Origin: Planctomycetota bacterium
GTDB taxonomy: Bacteria > Planctomycetota > PLA2 > JAEUHO01
Direction of reading: 5' to 3'
DNA: 64,000 bases
NCBI GenBank assembly: GCA_965222115.1
Contig: CBDCTJ010000007.1
Coordinates: forward strand, 352,001-416,000
Shown here: in pieces, positions 31,001-41,100 of the stretch
Layout of the letters: each line of letters starts with the position of its first letter
How positions within the stretch are numbered: position 1 is the stretch's first letter
The notes under the pieces: model-generated
What the model saw: the letters and a program-made list of their open reading frames with translations, nothing else
What the model was told of the DNA's origin: nothing
Databases searched by the model: none
Translations under genes and position numbers: made by a program

Positions 31001-31258
31001 GTAATTTGTGCCGGCACATTCGAAGCCACGGTTCGCGGACAACGCGGGGACACACTGCAAGTGGGCGACGCGTGCGGACTGCGTGCGTTGTTCTCCGGCC
31101 GCAGTCACCCCATGACGGTTACGGCGACGAGCGAAGGCGAAGTTCTGGCGATGGACCGAGTGGATTTCGCGGACCTCATCGCTGCCCACCCCGCCCTGCT
31201 GCCCGCGCTCTCAACATGGATGGCCGCCCAGTCGAATCCACACGAGCCCAGAAAATAG
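28019..31258 (+). CDS. NTT/TLC (ATP/ADP translocase-like) MFS domain fused to HEAT repeats and cNMP-binding domain
   Basis: LRPGEGRR N-terminus, REARRLYP motif, about 12 TMs, HEAT helices, C-terminal LRFVPLF...YVICAG...G cNMP fold. Confidence 0.75.
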   Translation: MIPRMWARVLDLRPGEGRRLLLLGGHFFLLLSGLTMLATAAQSIFLSLHPGERSPLTYIVGAITTVVAALAYGNAVNTMRPRRASLVATAVIVAAIALLGTWIEIWPTAGSFMVYGLAPGFGVIVGMESAGLVTRVLDGREARRLYPAISGMGGIGATIGSLLVALLSPMLGAKPVFWLSSVFFLLALPVAFQARGPKRTRGRKQAPVSWRALFEHRFSVTLMVLVSLSGVLSTCAKFVLDASLKATLPTEEIAPYLGKLYSALNAVSILFGFLITRRIVGKLGVGWGLLIYPLLLGVLGVGGLLLPGLAFASATLFSERLFRQNLQRPLINIATMPMPSGLAARANVAIRGAIENPAVVLTSLALLGLSRVLPWSAVFGIVAAAGALGGLAAWRAKRLYVGELTAALRTRRLRTRDHDALPPLDAKARALLHEQLASASPERVALAIELLRGHTNAETLTIMRAQWGAWPEWVRTAAFDTLASSRTPGVGDLVGSVVPGNSMQASIAQLNCPQWNPPVELLNAQLNQAPSLAAAAATRLLDHPHEAERVQALVDGWLHSKRPTLVSAAIDVMSARGGEGDLARIVEHKDQAIDAALRAATKRPMPELADDAVAHLAHDELGAIANHALERLGERATTALTKARAGAEREAAYRLLLSFERGDAHAHVHAALSSSDSSLRSDAMHALIGTGRHDNGAMLAAIDRALEHTYADCESIRPVTDESNTQAAIDRAVALDDALSKTFLLLSLRYPGVPLRRMYLSLSSGDDAERSFAVEALDEALRSPWRERIMPLLEALHVDATPIATRRATRDVETAHDAIASCALFRGLASRDIQAIAAFANESCADEQGAAFWIGKDDVMGLEQALVDGACVSMPDIEPAWALPLDSLWTLFQSRPYAGRIWLRNLQARTMKAPHDAPDVSHSALSIASMPMADDMERGGDLAVWQAVFYLRFVPLFASFPAPLLRRVASVSRLLRVSPGKRLIHETRPAGHAYVICAGTFEATVRGQRGDTLQVGDACGLRALFSGRSHPMTVTATSEGEVLAMDRVDFADLIAAHPALLPALSTWMAAQSNPHEPRK

Positions 31259-31334
31259 GGCGCCCCGAGAATTCTTCGGTTTTCTAGTGACGGTGCGTGG
31301 TGAATGGTTCTTCAGAGGATGAACGGAGGTTTCC

Positions 31335-31499
31335 ATGAACACCTTAATCCTACTCATCGCACTCACCGTCACGATGGCCGGCGGCTCGATACTCGACGCT
31401 GCACTCAAGAACGTTGGAGCGGACACCAGTCAGACATCTCAGCAGCAACAAATTGTTGATGGCGATGGTCCCGGCGCCGGTGGTGGCTACGGCAAGTAG
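31335..31499 (+). CDS. Small secreted peptide (54 aa, below the ORF-track cutoff)
   Basis: GGAGGT RBS; MNTLILLIALTVTMAGGSILDAALKNVGADTSQTSQQQQIVDGDGPGAGGGYGK; fills an otherwise empty gap. Confidence 0.6.
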   Translation: MNTLILLIALTVTMAGGSILDAALKNVGADTSQTSQQQQIVDGDGPGAGGGYGK

Positions 31500-31531
31500 C
31501 ACGCAACGTTTGTTGCATCCATTCGTGACGT

Positions 31532-32641
31532 TCACGTTGCCTGGTTCCGGCGAAACAACCGCCGGAACCAGCTTTCTTTGGCACGGCCCGCAAGAGGGCG
31601 TCCTGCGAGGTACGCCTCGACGTCCTCCAGCAGCGCCGCCGCACTCTCGTAGCGCTTCGCGGGTTCGTGCGCCATAGCGCGATTCACAACGCGCGCCAAG
31701 TCATCGACCTCAGGAAGCGGCTCCGCTGGGGTTGTAGCTACGCGACGTACAACCGCGATGACATTTGAACCCTGAATCGGTGGCGCGCCGCTGAGCAGTG
31801 TGTAGGCCGTTGCGGCCGCGCTGTAGATATCCGTACGCTCGTCGGCCGATTGCCCGCGCGCTTGCTCCGGTGCCATGTAGTTGGGCGTACCCAAAATGGT
31901 GCCGGTCGCCGTGAGACGCGTGGCGACTTCCATGGCACGCGCTAAGCCGAAATCAATCAAGTGCGCGCGTTCATCCAGCCCGAGCACCACGTTGGACGGC
32001 TTGACATCGCGGTGAATCACACCGCGCTCGTGGGCGTAATGTAGGGCCGATGCCACGTCGCGTAAAACGGCGGCCGCCCTACGTCGGGGAAGGGTTCGTT
32101 CTGCGAGCGACTCGCCATCGACAAAGGCCTGAATGAGATACGCCCGCCCATCCACGTCGCCCAGTTCGTACACGCGTGGAATAAGGGGGTGGTCGAGTTC
32201 GGTGGTGATCGTGGCTTCGCGAAGAAAGCGTGCGCGAGCGCCGTCGTCTTCAACCATCAAGAATTTGATCGCCACCAACTCGTTTCGATCATCACGCGCG
32301 GCCAACCACACCTCGCCCATGCCCCCTTTGCCAAGCGGACGCATCAATACACAATTTTCAACGCGCGTACCCGCGCTCAATTCGAGTTGCTGAAACGCTC
32401 CGGTAGGCAGACCTCGAATGTCGTCAGCATCTGCGCGCTCGACTTCGTCGGACGACTCCGCAAGCCGATCCGGCGGCACGCGTCCGTCATCGCGCAAGAG
32501 TGCTGACAACGCCTTGGAACTGCTAACGCAATCTACGTCTTCACGATTGAGTACACCGGACGCAACCAGTCGCTCGGCAACTGCCTCGTCTCGCAGCGCT
32601 GCCTGGCCCTTACGAATGCGCGCTATGAGCCGAGGATCCAT
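31532..32641 (-). CDS. Ser/Thr protein kinase (cytoplasmic, no sensor domain)
   Basis: LGKGGMGEV, VAIK, HRDVKPSN, DFGLA, YMAPEQ. Confidence 0.93.
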   Translation of the reverse strand: MDPRLIARIRKGQAALRDEAVAERLVASGVLNREDVDCVSSSKALSALLRDDGRVPPDRLAESSDEVERADADDIRGLPTGAFQQLELSAGTRVENCVLMRPLGKGGMGEVWLAARDDRNELVAIKFLMVEDDGARARFLREATITTELDHPLIPRVYELGDVDGRAYLIQAFVDGESLAERTLPRRRAAAVLRDVASALHYAHERGVIHRDVKPSNVVLGLDERAHLIDFGLARAMEVATRLTATGTILGTPNYMAPEQARGQSADERTDIYSAAATAYTLLSGAPPIQGSNVIAVVRRVATTPAEPLPEVDDLARVVNRAMAHEPAKRYESAAALLEDVEAYLAGRPLAGRAKESWFRRLFRRNQAT

Positions 32642-33318
32642 CGCATTTCATCCTGTGCGTCGTCCGCATCGAGTGCGTAGCGCTTTACTTCGTCGAGTAC
32701 GTAGCCGCGCAACTGTTTGCGTGCCGCCGACAATCGCCCGCGCACGGTGGCCGCGGAGACGCCCAACGTCGCCGCGACGTCCGCGTACGTGGGAGACGCG
32801 TCCTCGAGTTCAAATAGTCGAAACACCTCCCAACGTTCAGCATGCTTGGAATCGATCTCCAATCGCTTTAGTGCACGCGTCAGTACCAACTGGAGCCATG
32901 CGTGATCAAAGGCGTCCTCGGGGCCTGCTCCTTCATGTGTCAACCCATCAAGTCGTTCAACGGCCACTTTGCGCATGTGACCACCGTGCTTCTGCCGCCC
33001 TCGATCGCGCACATCGTTTCGCAAAAAGTTGGTAAACGCTGCTTTGAGAAAAGAACGCAAGCGACCACGCGTAGGACTGACGTCGTTGAGAAAGGCGCGT
33101 CCTTCCAGATCGACAAAAAATGCTTGTACCAAGTCTTCGGCGTCAGCGTCGCTCTTGCGCCACCCGTAACGCGCCATGCAGTAAAGAGGCCCGCTGTAGC
33201 GCGAAAAGAGCACCCCGAGCAACTCGCGTCGCACGTGTTCATTGCCGTCGCGATCACGCACAATCATGCTCCACATGGTGCTTGGAAACGCAGCACGGCG
33301 AGGAGAAGGCGCGGTCAT
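32623..33318 (-). CDS. ECF sigma factor (kinase-associated type)
   Basis: FPSTMWS N-terminus, DAEDLVQAFF, GRLRSFL, region 4 YADVAATLGVS; overlaps the kinase start. Confidence 0.88.
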   Translation of the reverse strand: MTAPSPRRAAFPSTMWSMIVRDRDGNEHVRRELLGVLFSRYSGPLYCMARYGWRKSDADAEDLVQAFFVDLEGRAFLNDVSPTRGRLRSFLKAAFTNFLRNDVRDRGRQKHGGHMRKVAVERLDGLTHEGAGPEDAFDHAWLQLVLTRALKRLEIDSKHAERWEVFRLFELEDASPTYADVAATLGVSAATVRGRLSAARKQLRGYVLDEVKRYALDADDAQDEMRWILGS

Positions 33319-33425
33319 GCACCCACTGTACGTCCCGGCAGGCGACCGTGAAAGTGTGCAGGTCGCTGAACGCCCGCGGCCTGCTCGCGTTAGAATGCGT
33401 ACCGACCACCTGCTGGAGGATCCCC

Positions 33426-34511
33426 ATGAGCCACTACAGCCCGCTACTTTTGCTGGGGCTAACGATGTTGGCGGGCAGCCTGATGACAGGCTGCGATGGC
33501 GACGCGCAAGCCAAAGACAAGCAGCCCAGGCCCTTCGCAGAGTTTCGAGGTGACTCAGACGTAGCCAACACCGCCGTGCGCGAGTGGGCCGGCAAGGGCG
33601 AGGCTGCGCTCCCCGAACTACGCAAAGGCCTCAGCAGCGACAGCATCAAGGTTCGACACTACTGTCAAAAGGCACTGTCGATGATTACCGGGCAATGGGG
33701 CGGTGATGGTCGCCTGATGTGGCAACGTTCCGTCAAGGACGCAAAGGGCGGCGACAAGCCGCTGATGGTGCTACATCTTTTCGGCAAGTTCGATGATGAG
33801 TTCTGCTGAGCCAACGGCAAACTCGCGAGAACCGTGACGTTCTCCGACAAGCGCATCATTGAAGCCGTTGGCAGGACGTTTACGCCGGTGTGGGAATCGG
33901 TGGCGCCCGCATCGGTCGCCGAGTTCGATTTGGGTGACGGCAAAAAAGTGCGCGGAACCATTGGCGGTGAGATCGCACTCTATTTTTGCCGGCCCGACGG
34001 CAAAGTGTTCGATTGCTTGCCCGCGCTGCAGTCTCCGGCAGTCACGCTTGCGGCGATTGAACGCGCAGCGGCGTTCTACGCGTCTTCGAAGGGCGCACCC
34101 GATCTAGCCATTGCCGGTTACAACGCGAAGCGGCGGGACACGATTGCAAAAGAACACGGCATCACAACCAAGAAGGCGGCGGATGTTGTTGCGGCGGCCC
34201 ACGAGAAGCTCAAGAAACGCCTCGCCATGGGAGGGCCTGCAGATCGCGTGATGACGACAGCACTCTTGTCCAAGTCGGCCATTGGCTTAGGGTCGGGCGC
34301 GGCCGAGTCGGTCACGGTGGTTGAGCCTGGTGGCTTATGGCTTTACGCGATTCAAGTGCATGACCTCCTGGCCAAGAGCACGCTCCGCACACCCCAAGAA
34401 CTCAAGACATTCGTCTTCGAGGGCATACTCGATCAAAAGCTTGAAGGAGGCACGCAACGTTTTAGTTCGATGAGTGTATTGCCCATGTCGATCGTTGAGT
34501 CGAGTAAGTAG
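33426..34511 (+). CDS. Putative selenoprotein (Cys127-Sec128), thioredoxin-like fold resembling the selenoprotein N active site; lipoprotein
   Basis: Track ORFs 33120..33809 and 33834..34511 are in the same frame, separated only by TGA 33807-33809; read-through gives LHLFGKFDDEFCUANGKLARTVTFSD...FTPVWESV; GGAGGA RBS, lipobox MTGC; SECIS-like hairpin follows; selC is in the window. Confidence 0.85.
33823..33847 (+). promoter_or_regulatory. Bacterial SECIS-like stem-loop
   Basis: TCG-c-GAGAAC-CGTGAC-GTTCTC-CGA starting 14 nt after the TGA; G at the second loop position, consistent with the bacterial SECIS model. Confidence 0.65.
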
Positions 34512-34533
34512 GAATCCGCTACGCGCGACATCG

Positions 34534-35745
34534 CTATTTGCGGCCGCGCTTGAGTACATAGGCCTCAGCCGCAAGAATCTCTGTGTTGCGCCCTTCCTGC
34601 ACATCGACGGCTTTGGGTTCGACAACTTCGTGCGGATCGATGCCATTGAACTCAATCAACGTGCCGCCTACACCTCTACGACTTCGCGTGGAGTAACGAA
34701 CGGTGGCAATCCCGCTGGGAAAGGTCCACATCTTCTTTGAACTTGACGATCCGGCCGTCGTTGTTCCGAATACACGTGCCTTGTGAATGCCCACAAGGTC
34801 GCGCACGAGCGTTTCTCCGGCCGAAATGCAGCCCGCGTCGATAACTACCGCAACAGGTCCCTTCATCGACTTGATCGCCTGAATAAGGCCGTTGTTGTAT
34901 CCCCCACCCGAGTTCCCTCGCAGATCGACGATCCACCCCTTTGCATCGCCATGTTTCTCTAGCGCCTGGGCAATTCCTTCCTCAAGACTTCGGTCCACGC
35001 GCCGCCAGTACATATAGCCCACACCGCTTGCGAACTTTGTGTACCAGAATGACTTACCCACCTTTTGAAGATCTTTCGGCGTATTGTACATACGCGGCCA
35101 CCCTTTGATGTCGAACTGACAGCGAAGCGTGACCGTCTTGCTCTTGCCTTCGTCAAGATAGGTCATCTTGTGTTTGGTGCCAGGCTCTCCAACGAGCGGT
35201 GTTCGATACGTGAAGATGCGGGCGCGCTGAGGACTTGAAAAACCGCCGCCCGCTTCCCAGTCGGCTTGCGCTTGCTTCTCAAGAAACTTCCGCGCGGGCT
35301 TGCCGTCGATCTTCGTAACGACCATGCCCGGTTTGAACGTGGTCTCTCTTCCTGGTGGCCCATGAAGAATGACGACCTGTTTGTCAGCGGCGGCGAGGAA
35401 ACCAAGGCCCGGATACTGTTGCTTGGGCCAATCGACCTCAATGCCTTCCTTGGGCGTGACCGACATATGTGCATCGCGCAGCACTTTGATGGCGTCCCAC
35501 ACCAAGAGGATGAACTCGCCATCGCTCTTGCACGTACTCGCCCGTTTGCTGAGGTCCTTCTTGGCCGCTTTCCAGTCCTTTCGAATCTTCTTGAGGTCGA
35601 AAAACGGGTAGGTCTTGTCCACGTGCTTTACGAACTCAGCAAAGTCGGTCTTGTAGACCGCGCCACGCTTCCCCTTCGCCTCAAGCGGCGCAATGGCGCA
35701 CACGATGACGGTGAATACGGTGAACCAAGAAATCGCGTACTTCAT
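34534..35745 (-). CDS. S41-family peptidase (tail-specific-like) with PDZ-like region, secreted
   Basis: YPFF...W, LRDAH, IVDLRGNSGG, CISAGE, FGTTTAG, IEFNGIDP. Confidence 0.88.
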   Translation of the reverse strand: MKYAISWFTVFTVIVCAIAPLEAKGKRGAVYKTDFAEFVKHVDKTYPFFDLKKIRKDWKAAKKDLSKRASTCKSDGEFILLVWDAIKVLRDAHMSVTPKEGIEVDWPKQQYPGLGFLAAADKQVVILHGPPGRETTFKPGMVVTKIDGKPARKFLEKQAQADWEAGGGFSSPQRARIFTYRTPLVGEPGTKHKMTYLDEGKSKTVTLRCQFDIKGWPRMYNTPKDLQKVGKSFWYTKFASGVGYMYWRRVDRSLEEGIAQALEKHGDAKGWIVDLRGNSGGGYNNGLIQAIKSMKGPVAVVIDAGCISAGETLVRDLVGIHKARVFGTTTAGSSSSKKMWTFPSGIATVRYSTRSRRGVGGTLIEFNGIDPHEVVEPKAVDVQEGRNTEILAAEAYVLKRGRK

Positions 35746-35994
35746 GATGTCCTCACCCTTGATGGTAGCGATACTACTGTATGTGACGAGCCCGGACTGG
35801 ACAGCGTCTCGATCGGGGACAAGATGCCTTCGTCGAATTAGTGAGGACGACGCATGCGCGCCACGCAATTCGCATTTGTAGCGACTATCATGGGCATGAT
35901 GCTTCTCTCGTCACCTTGCGCGCTCTCCAAGGGCGCGAGGGACGTCAAGCAGAAAGAGGCCGTTGCCACGTCGTGGGCGCAAAGCTAGGAATTT

Positions 35995-36708
35995 ATGAAA
36001 TACATCCCCTTCCTACTCATCAATCTTGCCACTGTAGCGATTGGCATCGCCATCTACGACCACTACCGAGACAGCGACCAAGATACGCCAACGACGAATG
36101 CACACGTCAACGAAAGCGACCTTCGTGGTGTGGAGAAACGTTTGGCAGCGCTTGAAGCCGAGCAAACACCTATGCTGCACGCACCGGACTCGCTGCCGGG
36201 CATCAAGAAGCGCTTGCTTGCCCTCGAATCCAAGCTACATCAAGCGAAGAACGAACCATCAGTTGCAACCAGCGAATCCAACTCTACCGCAGCGAGCTCT
36301 CCATCAGGCCAGCCGTTCGCATCACGGTTTGAACCAACGGCAGAGGACGTCCGTCGATTTCGGCAATTGCAAGAAGCCGTGAAACGAGACGAACGAGTAC
36401 AGCGCCACCGCGCTCGCGTAAACAAGACGCTTGACAAACTTGGACTCAATCTTTCAATCAAGCAGCGCGAGGATGTTGCTCAAAAACTCGCCGACTTTGG
36501 CAAGCGCTCAAACGAGATTTGGGACGAAGTAAAATCCCAAGCACGCGAAACCATGGAATCGGGCGGCACCATCGACAAGATGGAGCTCATGAACACCACG
36601 TACGCCACGCTCCGCACAGAGTTTGCGGTTTCGCTCGAAGGCATCGTGCCCGTGGCCGACGCGGAGTCTATTGCCGCCGCGCTGATGCCGCACCGACGCG
36701 GAAAATAG
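35995..36708 (+). CDS. Hypothetical membrane-anchored coiled-coil protein
   Basis: N-terminal TM, heptad region, AGGA RBS. Confidence 0.65.
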   Translation: MKYIPFLLINLATVAIGIAIYDHYRDSDQDTPTTNAHVNESDLRGVEKRLAALEAEQTPMLHAPDSLPGIKKRLLALESKLHQAKNEPSVATSESNSTAASSPSGQPFASRFEPTAEDVRRFRQLQEAVKRDERVQRHRARVNKTLDKLGLNLSIKQREDVAQKLADFGKRSNEIWDEVKSQARETMESGGTIDKMELMNTTYATLRTEFAVSLEGIVPVADAESIAAALMPHRRGK

Positions 36709-36752
36709 TCCTCGCGCAGATCGAAACGCGCGCGCATGGTAACCTGCGCACG

Positions 36753-37307
36753 ATGAGCGAAATAGGCAACGAGTTTCTACAGAAGGTGGTCGCACAACTG
36801 AAGGGGCTAAAATCCCTCGCCGAACGTGCGTTGGTGCAAGTAGACGATGAACAGTTCTTCCGCGTGCCGGCGGCGAACGCGTCGAGCATCGCGACCAACG
36901 TGAAGCATATGGCGGGCAACATGAAGTCGCGGTGGACGGACTTCTTAAGGAGTGATGGCGAGAAATCCTGGCGCCACCGCGATCAAGAGTTCGTGCCACC
37001 CATCGCGGACCGAGATAGGCTCATGAATGAATGGGAATCGGCGTGGGCGCTCACGCTGGGCACCATCGAAGGTCTCGCGCCCAGCGACCTGCTCAAGCAC
37101 ACTGCCATTCGAAGCGAGTTTGACACCGCGATGCAACGTATCCTCCGGCAACTGGGTCACTACAGCTACCACGTGGGACAAATCGTGACGCTTGCTCGGT
37201 TGGAAGCAGGCGACGCATGGGAATCGTTATCCGTTCCGCTGGGGCAATCGGCACAGTACAACGCTTCCCTTGGTCATCTTGTTGATCAAGAAGATACATC
37301 GGCGTGA
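36753..37307 (+). CDS. DUF1572 / DinB-superfamily protein
   Basis: SIATNVKHMAGNMKSRWTDFL..DGEK..R.RDQEF, HYSYHVGQI, WESLS. Confidence 0.9.
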   Translation: MSEIGNEFLQKVVAQLKGLKSLAERALVQVDDEQFFRVPAANASSIATNVKHMAGNMKSRWTDFLRSDGEKSWRHRDQEFVPPIADRDRLMNEWESAWALTLGTIEGLAPSDLLKHTAIRSEFDTAMQRILRQLGHYSYHVGQIVTLARLEAGDAWESLSVPLGQSAQYNASLGHLVDQEDTSA

Positions 37308-37371
37308 ATGGGCGTTTGCTAGGGGGGACGTGGGTACACGTTCTCGACGCCAACACCGGCGCGCTTAGATC

Positions 37372-38091
37372 ATGAGTAGAAAAAGGAAACCGCCAAGCCA
37401 ACCTGTGTCGGCCAAAGAGGCCCTTGCGTGGCTTAAGCGTCGTGGCACCAAGAAGCAAATTCACGAACTCGATCGATACGGCATCACGGCGACGAAACCA
37501 CTGGGAGTAACGGTGGCGGACCTACGGAAGTACGCCAAGACGATCGGGACTGATCACGACCTCGCACTCGCGCTTTGGGCATCGGGACACTATGAGGCGC
37601 GCATGTTGGCAGCGATGGTTGACGATCCTGCGCGCGTGACGCTTTCCCAAATGAATGCGTGGGCCGCCGACTTTGACAACTGGGCCATCACCGACACGGT
37701 GTGCTTTCAACTCTTCGATCGGACGCCCCATGCGTGGAAGAAGGCCGCGCAGTGGTCACGTGCGAAGCGGGAGTTCGTGAAACGCGCTGCTTATGCGTTG
37801 ATCTGGGCGCTGAGCGTCCACGACAAGCGCGCACCCGATTCTGCGTTTCGAGAAGGGCTGGCGCTCATCGAAGCGGGCGCACACGACGAGCGACACTTCG
37901 TCAAAAAAGCGGTGAATATGGCGTTGCGTGCGGTTGGAAAGCGAAACAAGGCACTCAACGCCACCGCGATCAAGGTGGCCAAGCGCCTAGCAAATGAGGA
38001 GGCAGCGGCGCCTCGGTGGATCGGCAGCCATGCACGGCGCGAGTTGGAGAGTCCGGCGGTGAAACGGAGGCTCAGTTTGCCGAATCCGTAG
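37372..38091 (+). CDS. DNA alkylation repair protein (AlkD-like)
   Basis: LWASGHYEAR, DFDNWAITD, DERHFVKKAVNMALR. Confidence 0.88.
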   Translation: MSRKRKPPSQPVSAKEALAWLKRRGTKKQIHELDRYGITATKPLGVTVADLRKYAKTIGTDHDLALALWASGHYEARMLAAMVDDPARVTLSQMNAWAADFDNWAITDTVCFQLFDRTPHAWKKAAQWSRAKREFVKRAAYALIWALSVHDKRAPDSAFREGLALIEAGAHDERHFVKKAVNMALRAVGKRNKALNATAIKVAKRLANEEAAAPRWIGSHARRELESPAVKRRLSLPNP

Positions 38092-38138
38092 TACTGACAC
38101 CTACTCACGGCTAATCTGCTACAGAACACTAAACGCTC

Positions 38139-41100
38139 ATGAACGCACCGTCCAAACCACAGAACGAAATCGATCGTCTGGCGCAAGAGTTCGTAGAACG
38201 CACAAGGCGGGGTGAAGCACCGGCAATTGACGAGTACGTCCACCGCTACCCGGATCACGCGAGCGACATTCGGAAAGTTTTTCCGCTACTGACAGCCCTT
38301 GAAACCGTTGCCATCGAACAACCAAGGATTGGTTCCCATGTTGGGCCCTACAAAATCACTCGCGAGGTTGGCCGCGGTGGTATGGGGATCGTCTATGAGG
38401 CCGTCCAAGGTGAACTCGGACGTCGCGTTGCACTCAAAGTGCTACCGGTGTACGCGACACGGGATCCTCAGTTTCTTGAGCGTTTCCGTCGAGAAGCGCA
38501 AGCCGCGGCCAAGCTCAAGCACCCAAGCATCGTTCCGGTAATCGGTGCCGGAAGCGATGACGATATTCACTACTATTCAATGCAGTTCATTGAGGGCCGT
38601 GGGCTCGACCGCGTTGTCGTTGAGATGCGCGAAAGGATGTCGGCCCAAGGCGAAACACGTACCAAGAACGACTACCGGACGATCGCCCGAATCGGGCTGC
38701 AAATCGCCGATGCCATTGCGCACGCCCACGCACAAGGTGTACTCCACCGCGACATCAAACCGACCAACATTGTGCTTGATCACACCGGGCATGCATGGGT
38801 TACCGATTTCGGACTTTGTCAACCGACCGATGCTGAGGGGTTGACCAAGACTGGCGACGTGATCGGGACATTTCGGTACATGCCACCCGAGCGGTTTTCC
38901 GGCGTATCCGACGTTCGGGGCGATGTGTATGGCATTGGCATCACGCTGTTTGAACTCCTCGCACTTCGGCGCGCCTACGAAGGCGATGATCCCGCAACAC
39001 TTGCAACACGCATCTTGAAAGCGGATTCGCCCAAGCTACTGAGTTTCGAGGAACGAATTCCCCGCGAACTTGAACTCATTGTGCGAAAAGCGATGGCGCA
39101 TGATCCCAAGGCCCGGTACGGAACCGCCGAAGCCTTGGCCGATGACCTGCGCGCCTACTTATCGGGCCTGCCCATCGCGGCACGTGCGCCTACAACTGGG
39201 TACGTTCTCAAGAAGGCCATCCTGCGACACAAGGCACTCGCCGCGACAATCGGTATGTGCACGCTGTTGTTGATGGGCAGCGGGGTTTGGTACGTGCGCG
39301 ACCTGCGTGCCAAAGAGCACGAGGCGCGGCAAGGGCAATACTTGGCAAGCATCCATGCCGTGGCCGCAGCCAAGCAGGGATTTGAGCGCCGAACGGCCGA
39401 CGTACTACTCAATGAGGCTCCTGTGGAGTTTCGAAACTGGGAATGGGCCTATCTCAAAGCACAGTTGCATAACGAGCTCAGAAACTTTGAGAACAAAGAT
39501 GGCTCCGTGCAGGCAATCGCGTTTTCCCCTGCTGCGCGCCGCTTCGCGTGTGTAACAGGCCATCACGTGCAGGTCTTTGATTACGACGCAGGAGCACGCG
39601 TCGCCCGTATCGCGCTGTCTGGATGGGGAATGCACGTCGGGTGGAGCGCCGACGGTAAGCGCGTGGTCGCCGCAACCACGCGAGGAATCGAAGTCTGGGA
39701 TGCCGGCCCGCCGCGGCGATTGCTAAGTAAGGAAGCCAAGGCAACGGGTTGGGTATCGTTTCGACGGCGTGACAAGGAGATCGTTGCGGGCGTGCAAGGG
39801 GGCACCATTTTGCGACTCGACGCATCGACAGGCGACGAACTGAGTCGAATCGAACGCGGTGAAGAACTTATGGGGGTTGCCAGTCCGCACCCACACGAGT
39901 TTGATCTCGTCGCCACGGTCACATCCGATAGCCAGTTAACCGTGCATGATCTTAGGACGGGGGCGTCGCTGTGGTCCGTGCAACTCGCCTCCAAGCGCGC
40001 TCGACATGTTCTGTTCGCAAACGCATCGACCGTTGTCACGTCCTCGCAGCTTATGGATGCATGGGACGCGAAGACTGGAAAACACGTGTGGACCACATCC
40101 CTCGGCGATGGCGCGTCTCGACCCATTGGGGACCCCTTGGCAGCTCGTGTGCTTGTACGCGTGCGCGATCAGCTGCGAGTCCTGGATGTGGCCACCGGCG
40201 AAGTGTTGCACACCCTCAAGGGACGCGTTTCACCCCGGCGCGGGGCGATCCATCCGAATGGACGCACGATGGTGGTGGGCACGCTATCGGGCGAGATTCA
40301 GGAGTGGTACCTCGGCGATCGCAAGAACCCACATTTACTCGGACAACACATGGACGACATCTTGGCCATGGATGTTCATCCCGATGGGCACACGGCGGCC
40401 TCATGCGGCTTTGGCGGCATCGTGCGTATCTGGGACCTTGCCTCGGGGGAGTTGGCCCGCGCCCATATTGCCCATACGGCAACCGCCATATCCATTCGCT
40501 ATTCGCGCGACGGACGTTGGCTCGCTTCGTCCGATCGGCGGGGTGAGATTCATCTCTGGGAGGGCGAGACGGCACAAGCGGTGAAGCACTGGAACGTTGG
40601 CGATTCTACCCTGGTAACCCTAGCGTTTCTTCCGAACAACCGCGGGTTATTGAGCTACGACACGCGTGGCACACTCTGTCTGTGGTCCATTCCGGAAGGA
40701 GAGCTTCGTGCACGCCATACGGGCCTTGGCGACTGGTCGCATACACAGGACACGACACCCCTGATCGACGTCAGTCAAGGTGGCGCGTGGATCGCTTACA
40801 CGTTGCCCGATGGAACGGTCGCCATTCACGAAGGAAAGCAGCTTGCGCGCATTCGTGAACTCGATGCGCACGAGACCATGGCAACGGGCATTGCATTTCA
40901 TCCGACCAAGCCCGTGCTGGTAACGGTTGCGAATGAAGGCGTACTTCGCGTTTGGGATACAAGTACGGGATCGCAAACAGGCGAGTATCGGCCGGCGTCG
41001 CTCAACATTGCACCGGAAACCGGCCTCAATCGCGTCGCATTTAGTCCCGACGGTACACGTGTGGCCGCCGGAGCGTTTAACGGCACACTCACACTTTGGG

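Noticed and set aside
33120-34511. Two separate hypothetical proteins, or a nonsense pseudogene
   Set aside because: Same frame, TGA in a CU motif, SECIS-like hairpin and selC all favour Sec read-through; no evident RBS before the second ORF
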